Under the pieces are notes generated by a model that saw only the letters and a program-made list of their open reading frames with translations, searched no databases and was not told where the DNA came from. From the NCBI GenBank assembly GCA_963796955.1, contig CAWCNJ010000005.1, positions 96,001 through 160,000 on the forward strand: a stretch of DNA of 64,000 nt, read 5' to 3'. The DNA is from Endomicrobiales bacterium (GTDB lineage: Bacteria; Elusimicrobiota; Endomicrobiia; Endomicrobiales; JALOBY01). Both the position numbers and the translations under genes were made by a program. This document shows positions 18,359 through 27,958 of this stretch, in pieces; position 1 is the first letter of the stretch; each line of letters opens with the position of its first letter.

Positions 18359-21300
18359 ACATCATTAAATTCCCCCTTGAAAAACCGGTAACAACCATCA
18401 TGTTGTTCGTCGGTTTGGCGCTGCTTGGAATTATCTCGTATTTCAAACTGCCGCAGGAACTGTTCCCTTCGCTGGCCTATCCGCAAATATCGATCATTAC
18501 CAAATACGAAGGTGCCGGACCCGAAGAATCGGAAAAGCTGATAAGCCGCATGATAGAGGAAACCGCCGGGACCGTAAAAAATATCCGGCGCGTCAGCTCT
18601 ATCTCCAAAGAGGGTATGTCCGTCGTTATTTGCGAATTCCGCTGGGGCACGGACATGAATTTCGCGGCGCTTGACGTGCGTGAGAAGATCGACCTGGTAA
18701 AAGAGCGCCTGCCCAAGGACGCCCGCGAACCCGTCGTATTGAAGTTCAACCCTTTCCAGACGGAAGCGATGGTGCTTTCCGTCAGTTATAACTATAACGA
18801 AAATGACCCCTGGAAAATGGTGGACCTGCGCCAGTTCTGCAAAAAGAATATTAAAGACGAACTGGAACGCACCGAAGGCGTAGCCAAAGTTGAGATCCGC
18901 GGCGGTCAGCAAAAAGAGGTACTGGTTGAAGTCGACAAGGGCCGCATACTTGCGAACGAACTTTCACTGCTGGACATAATAAAGACGCTGCGCGAGAACA
19001 ATATCACGTATCCCGCCGGTTCCGTTAAAGAAGAGATGTATGAATATCCGGTCAAGACGGTGGGTGAATTTAAAACGATCGAAGACATATCCAATACGCT
19101 GCTGAACAAGGAAACACGGGGACAGGAGCAGCAGCAGCAGCAACAGCAAAAGAACGTGCGGCGGCGTAGCGACGAAGGCTCAAGCCATTCGGTGATATTT
19201 TTGCGGGATGTGGCCGACGTAAAAGAATCCATAAAGGAAACTACCGGCTATTCCCGCTACAACCGCAGGGACAACATTTCACTTTCTATCTATCCGCAAT
19301 CCGGCTCCAACCTCATTCAGATATCGGACGGTGTGAAAGCGAAGCTCGCCGAGATGAAAGACCGTTTTCCGAAAGACGTGCAGTGGAAGATCATTTACGA
19401 CCAGTCGGACTTCATAAAAACATCGCTGGAACATATCTATTTTGACGCTGGCGTCGGCAGCTTCTTTTCCTTCCTGATACTTTTTATATTCCTTAAAGAC
19501 GTCGCTGCTTCCATGATAATCCTGGTAGCCCTGCCGCTTTCCGTGCTGGCCGCGATAAGCATGATGTATTTCAGCGGCATATCTATCAACACCATGTCGC
19601 TGGGCGGCCTGGCGCTGGGCGTGGGAATGGTCATAGATAATTCCAACGTGGTGCTGGAGGGCATCTTCTCATACGCCGCGCGTCACCCCGGCAAGGAAAA
19701 GAAAGAGATCATTCTTGAAGCGACCGGGTTACAGGTGGGCTCCGTCGTAGGCTCAACGCTGACGCTCTGCGCCATATTCGTTCCCTTTATTTTCGTTTCC
19801 GGCGTCGCGGGCCAGCTTTTTAAGGAGATGGCCCTTACCATAACATATTCGATGCTCGCTTCAGTGCTGGTAGCGCTGATACTGGTGCCGCGTCTGGCGA
19901 TGAACCTGCACCTGGAAAAGTATTCGAACATGGAGAGCGCCCAGATCAAATGGCTGATCGGTTTTCCGAAGTGGCTGCGCGGTTTCCTGGACACGCCCCG
20001 ACTGAAGACCTGGCGCTGGCTTGGCCTGTATTTTGCCATCGGCATGGTGCTGATGATCTTTATACCGAAAGAGTTCATGCCCAGCATGGATGAACACCGC
20101 TTCACGATGAACATAACGCTGCCCCCGCAGACGACCCTGGCGGTGACCTACGACCTGAGCAAGCGCATAGAGCGCACGCTCACCAATATCCCCGAAATGG
20201 AGGATATGGTCGTGAATGTCGGCGCTTCGGGCGAGGAAAACAGCGGCTCGATAGATTTTGTGGGACCGAACCAGGCCCGTATCATCGCCCGCCTGAAGAA
20301 GAAGGGCCGTTCAACGGTGGACGTTGTTTCAGAACTGTCTGATGAAATAACCAAGTGGCACATAGAGAACCTGGAACTGGAATTTGTTACCAAACAGGGA
20401 CTGTTCGGATCCTCAATGGGTTCTTCTTCGGGCTTAACGATAGAAGTAAAAGGACGTGACCTGGAAAAGATGCAGCGCCGGGTGGAACGCACAATCGGGA
20501 TGATGAACCATTCAAAAACATTTTACGGCATAAAAACGATCCCCTCGTCATTAATTCCCGAATTGAAACTGGAAATCGACCGCGAACGCGCGTCATTGTT
20601 CGGCATGAACGTGCAGGATATTTCCGCAACGCTGCTGGCGGCCATAAAAGGCTATGTCTCAACGAAGCTGCGTGAGAAAGAAGAAGAATACGAGGTCCGT
20701 GTCCGGCTCCGTAAAGAGGACCGCAACGACCTTTCACGCATTGGAGAACTGACGGTCTATTCCCCTTTCGGAAGGAACATACAGCTGCAGCAGATCAGCG
20801 AACTGCGTTTTGTAAAATCGTTGCCGGAAATACGGCGCATTGAAGGACAGCGCGCCTACCTGATCACCGCGAACGTACGGGGAAGCTTTGACAGCGCCAT
20901 TAAGGAAACGACCGCTATTTTCGGCAAGCTCTCCGGGCCTGCCGACGAACTTTCCATGGAAATAACCGGCGAAACACTGCAGCTGCAGGAATCGCTGAGC
21001 TCTGCGGCCTTCGCCCTGGTATTCGGCATCATTATCGTGTACATGATCCTGGCATCACAGTTCGAATCGCTCATTTTGCCCGTCATCACAATGACGACCG
21101 TGCCGATGGGATTGATCGGCGCTATTTACGGGTTGTTCTTTTCGTTCCAATCCCTTAATTCAGTATCAATGCAGGGCATGGTCATGCTGATAGGACTGGT
21201 CGTCAATTCCGGCATCATCCTGGTGGACCGGTATAATGTCGCCCGGGCGCATGAACCGGATAAGAACTTAAAAGAGCTTGTGATAGACTGCACATGCGAA

Positions 21301-21513
21301 CGACTGCGGGCCGTGTTAATGACCACATTGACCACGGTGCTGGGCATGTTGCCGACAGCCCTCGCGGTCGGAAAGAATACGATAGCGCCGATGTCCATAG
21401 CGATCGTCAGCGGCGAAATGTTCAGGCTGGTGCTGACACTGTTCTTTGTGCCTTCATCATACCTGCTTATTGAGGAGTTTTTAAAGCGCAGGAAGAGTAA
21501 ACATATAATTTGA
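18355..21513 (+). CDS. AcrB/AcrD/AcrF-family RND permease (second subunit)
   Basis: KPVTTIM, NTMSLGGLALGVGMVIDN, ASQFES, ERLRAVLMTTLTT; 4-nt overlap with the upstream gene. Confidence 0.95.
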   Translation: MNIIKFPLEKPVTTIMLFVGLALLGIISYFKLPQELFPSLAYPQISIITKYEGAGPEESEKLISRMIEETAGTVKNIRRVSSISKEGMSVVICEFRWGTDMNFAALDVREKIDLVKERLPKDAREPVVLKFNPFQTEAMVLSVSYNYNENDPWKMVDLRQFCKKNIKDELERTEGVAKVEIRGGQQKEVLVEVDKGRILANELSLLDIIKTLRENNITYPAGSVKEEMYEYPVKTVGEFKTIEDISNTLLNKETRGQEQQQQQQQKNVRRRSDEGSSHSVIFLRDVADVKESIKETTGYSRYNRRDNISLSIYPQSGSNLIQISDGVKAKLAEMKDRFPKDVQWKIIYDQSDFIKTSLEHIYFDAGVGSFFSFLILFIFLKDVAASMIILVALPLSVLAAISMMYFSGISINTMSLGGLALGVGMVIDNSNVVLEGIFSYAARHPGKEKKEIILEATGLQVGSVVGSTLTLCAIFVPFIFVSGVAGQLFKEMALTITYSMLASVLVALILVPRLAMNLHLEKYSNMESAQIKWLIGFPKWLRGFLDTPRLKTWRWLGLYFAIGMVLMIFIPKEFMPSMDEHRFTMNITLPPQTTLAVTYDLSKRIERTLTNIPEMEDMVVNVGASGEENSGSIDFVGPNQARIIARLKKKGRSTVDVVSELSDEITKWHIENLELEFVTKQGLFGSSMGSSSGLTIEVKGRDLEKMQRRVERTIGMMNHSKTFYGIKTIPSSLIPELKLEIDRERASLFGMNVQDISATLLAAIKGYVSTKLREKEEEYEVRVRLRKEDRNDLSRIGELTVYSPFGRNIQLQQISELRFVKSLPEIRRIEGQRAYLITANVRGSFDSAIKETTAIFGKLSGPADELSMEITGETLQLQESLSSAAFALVFGIIIVYMILASQFESLILPVITMTTVPMGLIGAIYGLFFSFQSLNSVSMQGMVMLIGLVVNSGIILVDRYNVARAHEPDKNLKELVIDCTCERLRAVLMTTLTTVLGMLPTALAVGKNTIAPMSIAIVSGEMFRLVLTLFFVPSSYLLIEEFLKRRKSKHII

Positions 21514-21716
21514 TGTTTTGTTATTATTGCTATTGAAATTATTAAGGTTATTAGTTATACTTATTGTACATTAGTTAGAATGTAACGGTTTTGCATTGGT
21601 TTTTTAACGATTAAACAATTTTTTATTAAGGAGGTGACAGGGGAAGCCGCCCCACATAGAAGACGGTTAAAAGTCACCGCAGCGAATTTGACACATCAAT
21701 CCAATCAGGAGGCGTT

Positions 21717-22001
21717 ATGACTTACGAAGTTAAGAAGATCAACGTTGGTTCACTGACAAAGATCGTCCCCATTATTTTCGGTATCGTCGGTGTTGTTATC
21801 GGACTTTTCACATTTTTCCTTTTCCCGACTGAAGTCGCGCAGGGCCTTGCTTTCGGCACGCGCTTGCTTTCATGGTTGATCTTCGTAGTGCTTTACACCA
21901 TTATCATGTACGTAGGCCTGGTCGTTATTTCGCTGCTTTACAACTGGGTTTCAGGCAAGACCGGCGGAGTGGTTATAGCGCTGGAAGAAAAACAGTCATA
22001 A
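21717..22001 (+). CDS. Small two-TM membrane protein (DUF3566-like)
   Basis: AGGAGG SD; YEVKKINVGS..two TM helices..LYNWVSGKTGGV pattern. Confidence 0.75.
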   Translation: MTYEVKKINVGSLTKIVPIIFGIVGVVIGLFTFFLFPTEVAQGLAFGTRLLSWLIFVVLYTIIMYVGLVVISLLYNWVSGKTGGVVIALEEKQS

Positions 22002-22011
22002 TTGCTTTTTA

Positions 22012-22060
22012 GCGGCGGAAGGCGATCCACTGATGCACCGGGCAGCCTTCCGCCGTTTTC
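22012..22060 (+). terminator. Intrinsic terminator-like hairpin
   Basis: gcggcggaaggc ... gccttccgccgt followed by a short T tract. Confidence 0.65.
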
Positions 22061-22078
22061 TATTGTAAACCACTTAAT

Positions 22079-23527
22079 ATGAAACTCGGCCTTAAATTCA
22101 CTCTTTTCAACTTTGTACTTCTCTCAATTATCATCGCCGGGTTCTCATTGACGATCTTTTTAGCACAGAAGCGATTCCTGACCGAGCAGTCCGAAAACTA
22201 CCGGGCGGCGATATTCAGCGACATAGAACACATTTGCAATGAAGCTGCGGCCCGCCACGATGAACCCCTGATACATTCGGCTCTTTTTTCGATGGTGCAA
22301 ACCCACAGACCCGCTATAGCATTTGCCGGATATCTCAACGCTATCACCGGCGTTTTTCTCGTCGCGCGGGACAGCGAGAATGAACAATACTATTTTTCTC
22401 AATTCGCCAGAGCTTCATATCAATCGGTCATAACGCTCCGGTCACCGACCGGAGAATTGTTGCGGGAACACACGGTACCGATCGTCAATAACGGACAATA
22501 CCAGGGGAGCTTGGTCGTCGGCTTTTCTCAGGACGCGATGTATCAGGATATTCAGGAGGGCATTAAAACACTGGGCCGCAATATAGCGGTAACCGCCTGC
22601 GCGGCACTGGCTATCGGGCTTCTTTTCGCGGTGGCGCTCGCAAAATACATGAACAAACCTATCACCCAGCTTGATGAAGCTGCCCGAAAACTGGGCCAGG
22701 GCGACCTGAACGTGCATGTCAACATAGACCGCGACGATGAATTGGGGGCCCTTGCGGCAACGTTCAATGAAATGGCCCGGAAGGTCAAAGAGCTGGATGA
22801 ACTGAAAGACAGTTTTGTCTCATCCGTCTCGCATGAACTGCGTTCGCCGCTGACAGCGATCGACGGATATGTGGAGTATCTTATCGAAGGGCTCCACAAG
22901 ACAATGCCGGCAGCCAAGCAACAGAAAGCCCTGGGCGTTATCAAAGATTCAACCTCGCGCTTAAGCAATTTTATTACTAACATATTGGACACAGCCAAGA
23001 TCCGGGCGGGCCATTTTTCACTGCACCAGACGGCCATGCAGCTGGAAGGCGTCATCAGCGAAATAGCGTTTCTTTTCACCCCGCACGCGGCCAAATGCGG
23101 TATGAACATAACGGTAAAGGTGCCTGAGAGCCTGCCGGCGGTTTGGGCGGACCGGGAGCGCATAGCCCAGGTATTGACCAATCTTCTGGGGAATGCCCTA
23201 AAATTTTCGAAAGAGGGCACCACGATACGGATAGCAGCTGCGTTGAGCGGGGCCTTCATAACTGTCTCGGTGTCCGATGCCGGGATAGGTATACCACCGG
23301 ATCAGCAAAGCAGGATCTTCGAACGATTTTATCAGGTGGTAGATCATAACTATTCGCGCCCCAAAGGAACCGGCCTCGGGCTGGCGATAGTTGCCGAGAT
23401 CATCAAGCGGCACGGCGGCGAGGTAGGCGTTCAAAGTGAGCCGGGAAAGGGCAGCACATTCCACTTTACATTACCGGTTGAAAGATCTTTTATTAAGCAG
23501 CCCGGAGGGATGCCAAATGATCAGTAA
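22079..23527 (+). CDS. HAMP-domain sensor histidine kinase
   Basis: 2 TM, HAMP (DELGALAATFNEM), SHELRSPLT, NLLGNALKF, DAGIGI, GTGLGL. Confidence 0.96.
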   Translation: MKLGLKFTLFNFVLLSIIIAGFSLTIFLAQKRFLTEQSENYRAAIFSDIEHICNEAAARHDEPLIHSALFSMVQTHRPAIAFAGYLNAITGVFLVARDSENEQYYFSQFARASYQSVITLRSPTGELLREHTVPIVNNGQYQGSLVVGFSQDAMYQDIQEGIKTLGRNIAVTACAALAIGLLFAVALAKYMNKPITQLDEAARKLGQGDLNVHVNIDRDDELGALAATFNEMARKVKELDELKDSFVSSVSHELRSPLTAIDGYVEYLIEGLHKTMPAAKQQKALGVIKDSTSRLSNFITNILDTAKIRAGHFSLHQTAMQLEGVISEIAFLFTPHAAKCGMNITVKVPESLPAVWADRERIAQVLTNLLGNALKFSKEGTTIRIAAALSGAFITVSVSDAGIGIPPDQQSRIFERFYQVVDHNYSRPKGTGLGLAIVAEIIKRHGGEVGVQSEPGKGSTFHFTLPVERSFIKQPGGMPNDQ

Positions 23528-24206
23528 AAAAATTATTGTTGTCGACGATGAAGACGCGATCCGTGAAATGGTGGTGGACACACTGGATGAAGCTGGATTT
23601 ATAGCGATCGGCTGCCCCGACACCGACACGGGCTACGCGCGGATCACAAAATCCAACCCGGACCTGGTTATACTGGACGTAAAAATGCCGACCGTCGGCG
23701 GTATTGAGCTGTGCCGCATGCTGAGGGCGAACGCTAAAACTAAGAACATTCCTGTTATCATGCTGACCGTGGAAGCCACCGAAACCGACAAGGTCATAGG
23801 CCTCGGGATAGGCGCGGATGATTATATCGTTAAACCCTTCAGCCCCAAAGAGCTGGTCGCGCGCATTAAATCGCTGCTGCGCAGGTCGGAAGGCTCAGAC
23901 GATAAATCCCAGGGAAATGTGCTCAAGGCTGCCGGACTTGAGATCAACCTGGATTCACAGACCGTAAAATACGCCGGCAAACTGATAGAGCTGCGCCCCA
24001 AGGAATTTGACTTGGTAGTCCTTATGGTCAAAAAGCCTAACGTCGTGCTGGACCGTTCTTTTATACTCGAGAACGTATTCGGCTATAAGATCCCGATCAG
24101 CACTAGAACCATCGACACCCATATAAAGAACCTGCGCCACGCCCTGGGACCTTTTGGAAAAAAGATCAAAACGGTTTTCGGGCGGGGCTTTAAATTTGTC
24201 CCGTGA
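23517..24206 (+). CDS. OmpR/PhoB-family response regulator
   Basis: VVDDE, LDVKMP, GADDYIVKPF, winged-helix RTIDTHIKNLR..TVFGRGF; ATG at 23517. Confidence 0.96.
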   Translation: MISKKIIVVDDEDAIREMVVDTLDEAGFIAIGCPDTDTGYARITKSNPDLVILDVKMPTVGGIELCRMLRANAKTKNIPVIMLTVEATETDKVIGLGIGADDYIVKPFSPKELVARIKSLLRRSEGSDDKSQGNVLKAAGLEINLDSQTVKYAGKLIELRPKEFDLVVLMVKKPNVVLDRSFILENVFGYKIPISTRTIDTHIKNLRHALGPFGKKIKTVFGRGFKFVP

Positions 24207-24212
24207 GAAACC

Positions 24213-25052
24213 ATGCCATCATCCAAACAGCCCTCGACCCCTGAATCCTTCGACAATAAACGGCCTTCTCCGGATGCTGAAAAACAACTGCTTGCGGCGT
24301 TTCGCAAGGGCACTGACGAAGGGCGCACCAAACTTCTGCAGGCCTACGCGCCCCTGGTGGGTTCCGTTGCCCGGCGCTATAACCGGTTTTTTCCCTGGAC
24401 AGACTACCCCGAGCTTATGGAAGAGGGAACGTTCGGCCTGCTAAAAGCTGCCGAGCATTTTGACAACAGCAAAAAGACCCGATTTTCCACTTATGCCTGG
24501 TTTTGGATCGTTAAATCCGTTCAGGAACACATCGGAGAGCTGATCAGCGTCATGAAGGTGCCGGCTACGATAACGAAACGATTCGCCAGGATCACCCATT
24601 TCATTGAAACAGAGATGAAAGCCAGCAGGGAACCCTCACTGGACCAGATAGCAGAGCACCTGGATATTGAGTTGGACGATATAACCGATGCGCTGGGCAG
24701 CCGTAATTCCATGGGCGGCATGCTTTCGCTGAACGAATTTGTCGACGGTGATGAACAGCGCGACCGGCTTTCCGACATCGTAGCCAACAAAGAACCCATG
24801 AGCCAGGACCTGCTGGAACAGCTGGAAGGCAGCCAGCGGCTGGAAGATTTTTTAACCGAATTATCCGCGGACGAAGTCGCCGTTATCCGTTTGCGTTTCG
24901 GCCTTGATGACCAGAAATACCATACCCTGAAAGAAACCGCGCAGCAGCTGAAGCTGACACCGCAAAAAGTCCGCGACATTGAGATCGACGGTCTTGCACG
25001 GCTTAAAGGCATTATAGAAAAGAATGGCGGCGATCCGTCGAACAAAAATTAA
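24213..25052 (+). CDS. Sigma-70 family (RpoD/SigA-like regions 2-4) alternative sigma factor
   Basis: ELMEEGTFGLLKAAEHFD..RFSTYAWFWI; VIRLRFGL..TLKE..VRDIE. Confidence 0.92.
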   Translation: MPSSKQPSTPESFDNKRPSPDAEKQLLAAFRKGTDEGRTKLLQAYAPLVGSVARRYNRFFPWTDYPELMEEGTFGLLKAAEHFDNSKKTRFSTYAWFWIVKSVQEHIGELISVMKVPATITKRFARITHFIETEMKASREPSLDQIAEHLDIELDDITDALGSRNSMGGMLSLNEFVDGDEQRDRLSDIVANKEPMSQDLLEQLEGSQRLEDFLTELSADEVAVIRLRFGLDDQKYHTLKETAQQLKLTPQKVRDIEIDGLARLKGIIEKNGGDPSNKN

Positions 25053-25085
25053 ATGCGGCGAACGCACGGTCACACCTGATAATTT

Positions 25086-25652
25086 ATGGGACATCTCCGG
25101 TTCGTTCAACAAGTAAAACCAATCTTCGGCCTGATCGCCACTTCCCAAACCGCACTTGACAAGGCTATTGAAGCTATCACGACGCGCTGGGGTACTATCG
25201 ACGAAAAAACCGTCCCAATACCGTTCACTTTTTCAAAATATTACAATCGCGAGATGGGAGACGGCCTGCTGCGCCAGTGGCTCAGCCTTGAGCAATTGAT
25301 ACTGCCGGACGCGCTGGCACCGATGAAACACATGACGAACGAAATGGAAGATTCTTTTCGGATCAACAGTAAACGTTCGGTGAATATCGATCCTGGCTAT
25401 TTGGGACTGTCAAAGCTGGTTCTCGCCTCTACTAAAGACTTCTCGCACAGAATATACATCGGTAATCAGATCTATGAAGAGACTACCTTATTGTTCCGGG
25501 CGAATAAATTCTGGGCGCTGCCCTGGTCCTACGCCGATTATCAAACCGAACTCTCCATTAAGTTCTTAACCGAGTCCAGAGACCGCCTTTTGCAACAGCT
25601 TGGCATAGATGAATTACGGAAATACCATTCAAAAACCAATCAAAAAGATTGA
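25086..25652 (+). CDS. DUF4416-family protein
   Basis: YYNREMG, RSVNIDPGY, LVLASTKDFSHRIY, PWSYADY. Confidence 0.85.
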   Translation: MGHLRFVQQVKPIFGLIATSQTALDKAIEAITTRWGTIDEKTVPIPFTFSKYYNREMGDGLLRQWLSLEQLILPDALAPMKHMTNEMEDSFRINSKRSVNIDPGYLGLSKLVLASTKDFSHRIYIGNQIYEETTLLFRANKFWALPWSYADYQTELSIKFLTESRDRLLQQLGIDELRKYHSKTNQKD

Positions 25653-25653
25653 T

Positions 25654-25669
25654 TGTTTCACATGAAACA
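25654..25669. promoter_or_regulatory. parS site (1 mismatch)
   Basis: TGTTTCACATGAAACA vs consensus TGTTTCACGTGAAACA. Confidence 0.85.
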
Positions 25670-27002
25670 ACACCGCCTTCTTCTGATCAATCCTCCTGTT
25701 TACGACTTTGTCGCTTACGATCTTTGGTCAAAACCGCTGGGACTCCTTTACCTCGCTTCGATACTGCGCGATGGAGGCTATAAGATCTCACTACTGGATT
25801 GCATGAACAGAAACATGCCAGAAATGCCGACAACAAAGTATAGCAGTTATGGCTGCGGCCCTTATTATAGCAAGCACATATCCAAGCCCGCAGCTTTATC
25901 GGGCATACCGCGCAACTACCACCGTTTCGGACTGCCTGCCAATGGCATCAGAGATGCCCTACGGGCGATCGCTCTACCCGATGCAATTTTGGTCACATCC
26001 GTTATGACATATTGGTACCCCGGCGTCATCGAAACTATTAAACTTATGCGCCAAACCTTCCCCACGGTACCTATTATAGCAGGAGGCACTTACGCCACGC
26101 TTTGCACAGAACACGCTAAAGAGCATTGCGGTGCTGATAAGATTGTTGCAGGCCACAACCCTAAAGATGTTTTTGCTGCACTCCACGACCTGGGAATAAC
26201 GACAGAGATCTCAAGTATCCCGGAAACATTCGCACACTATCCCGAACCCGCTTACGAGCTTTACAGCTCTCTTAATTACTTTGCAATACGCACAAGCGTT
26301 GGCTGCCCTTGCAACTGCACGTACTGCGCTATCAACCAATTGTCATCGGGCTATTGCCGAAAAGAACCACAGACTACAGCCAACGAGATCATTGCGCTTG
26401 CGGACAGAAGCATCAAGGATGTCGTATTCTACGATGACGCGCTCCTTTATCAAGCGGACGACAACCTCATTCCCTTGCTGAACCACCTTGCCAGACACAG
26501 AACTCCACTAAGATTCCACACCCCAAACGGCCTGCACTCTCGTTATCTTTCCAAAGAAACAGCTGCAGCGATGCACAACGCAAACTTTATAATGCCCAGG
26601 CTCAGCCTTGAAACCGCTAGCCCAGATATACAAAAGCAAACCGGTGGCAAAGTCTCTCAAACACAATTTGAAGAGGGAATTCATAACCTTAAAGCTGCCG
26701 GGTACGAGACCGGCCAGTATGCAGCCTATCTTATGATGGGCATGCCCAGACAAGATCTCGCGGAAGCTGAGGAAACCATCCGTTACGCCCATTCATGCGG
26801 CGCCCACATATCGCTGGGTGAATACTCACCCATACCCGGCACCAAAGACTGGCAAACAGTTAAAACCCTGCTTCCCTCCAATGATCCACTGTGGCACAAC
26901 AACTCCATCAACCCCCTGCACCCACTTTCAGATTGGCTACGGCTACAGCACATGAAAGATCTAGCCCGGACGCTTAACAAAGCCCTGCCTTCGATACCAT
27001 AA
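25662..27002 (+). CDS. B12-binding-domain radical SAM protein
   Basis: LLINPPVYDF..PLGLLYLAS, GGTYATL, GCPCNCTYC (CxxxCxxC), FHTPNGL. Confidence 0.9.
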   Translation: MKQHRLLLINPPVYDFVAYDLWSKPLGLLYLASILRDGGYKISLLDCMNRNMPEMPTTKYSSYGCGPYYSKHISKPAALSGIPRNYHRFGLPANGIRDALRAIALPDAILVTSVMTYWYPGVIETIKLMRQTFPTVPIIAGGTYATLCTEHAKEHCGADKIVAGHNPKDVFAALHDLGITTEISSIPETFAHYPEPAYELYSSLNYFAIRTSVGCPCNCTYCAINQLSSGYCRKEPQTTANEIIALADRSIKDVVFYDDALLYQADDNLIPLLNHLARHRTPLRFHTPNGLHSRYLSKETAAAMHNANFIMPRLSLETASPDIQKQTGGKVSQTQFEEGIHNLKAAGYETGQYAAYLMMGMPRQDLAEAEETIRYAHSCGAHISLGEYSPIPGTKDWQTVKTLLPSNDPLWHNNSINPLHPLSDWLRLQHMKDLARTLNKALPSIP

Positions 27003-27011
27003 CACAGTCAC

Positions 27012-27027
27012 TGTTTCACGTGAAACA
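27012..27027. promoter_or_regulatory. parS site (perfect)
   Basis: TGTTTCACGTGAAACA palindrome upstream of parA. Confidence 0.95.
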
Positions 27028-27036
27028 ACAAACCCC

Positions 27037-27065
27037 TTGCAAAGCCATACATAGTGTGTTATAAT
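27037..27065 (+). promoter_or_regulatory. parAB promoter
   Basis: TTGCAA-17 bp-TATAAT with extended -10 TGn. Confidence 0.7.
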
Positions 27066-27109
27066 GATCAAACATTAATTGTTGATATCTTTCTTCCGAC
27101 GGAGAGTCC

Positions 27110-27907
27110 ATGAAAGTAATTGCTGTTGCGAACCAGAAGGGCGGTGTTGGAAAGACTACCACCGCAATTAATCTTGCAGCATCGCTGGCATCCCTTGGCC
27201 AGGAGACCCTGCTTATTGATATCGACCCGCAGGGGAATTCAACAAGCGGCATTGGTATTGATAAGTCAACGCTTAAAAAACAGATCTACCATGCCTTGAT
27301 AGGAGACACCCCACTGGAAGACATTCTGCTTCCAACAGCCATAGATTGGCTTGATATTGCACCAGCCAACATTGACCTTATTGGCGCAGAAATAGAACTT
27401 GTAAATATGCCGCGACGCGAACACCGGTTGAAAGACGCCCTTGAGAAGTTCCAGCGCGTCTATAAGTATGTAGTAATAGATTGCCCGCCTTCGCTTGGTC
27501 TGCTGACCGTAAATACCATGAATGCCGCACATTCTATCCTGGTGCCGATACAGTGTGAATATTTCGCGCTGGAAGGCCTTGGGCAGCTTATAAACACCAT
27601 TAACCGCATACGCTCCAGTTTCAATTCTGCATTGGAAATTGAAGGGGTTTTGCTTACCATGCATGACAGTAGGGTAAACCTTTCTCAGCAGGTAATAGAC
27701 GAGGTTCGTAAGTACTTTGCAGAAAAAGTTTACAATACCTCCATACCCCGCACCGTACGTCTTGCAGAAGCGCCAAGCCATGGCATGCCCGTAATACTCT
27801 ACGACAAGAACTGCAAAGGCACAACCGCCTACCTGGACCTTGCCCACGAAGTAATAGCCCGTAATCAAAATGTTGAGCGCACCGCTTTCAGCGCACAAAA
27901 AGCATAA
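27110..27907 (+). CDS. parA: Chromosome partitioning ATPase ParA/Soj
   Basis: [46 protein letters not shown]. Confidence 0.97.
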   Translation: MKVIAVANQKGGVGKTTTAINLAASLASLGQETLLIDIDPQGNSTSGIGIDKSTLKKQIYHALIGDTPLEDILLPTAIDWLDIAPANIDLIGAEIELVNMPRREHRLKDALEKFQRVYKYVVIDCPPSLGLLTVNTMNAAHSILVPIQCEYFALEGLGQLINTINRIRSSFNSALEIEGVLLTMHDSRVNLSQQVIDEVRKYFAEKVYNTSIPRTVRLAEAPSHGMPVILYDKNCKGTTAYLDLAHEVIARNQNVERTAFSAQKA

Positions 27908-27958
27908 AATGTAAAAATATTCTTCGCGAAAACAATTACAAAAACATGAGGAGCTCAA

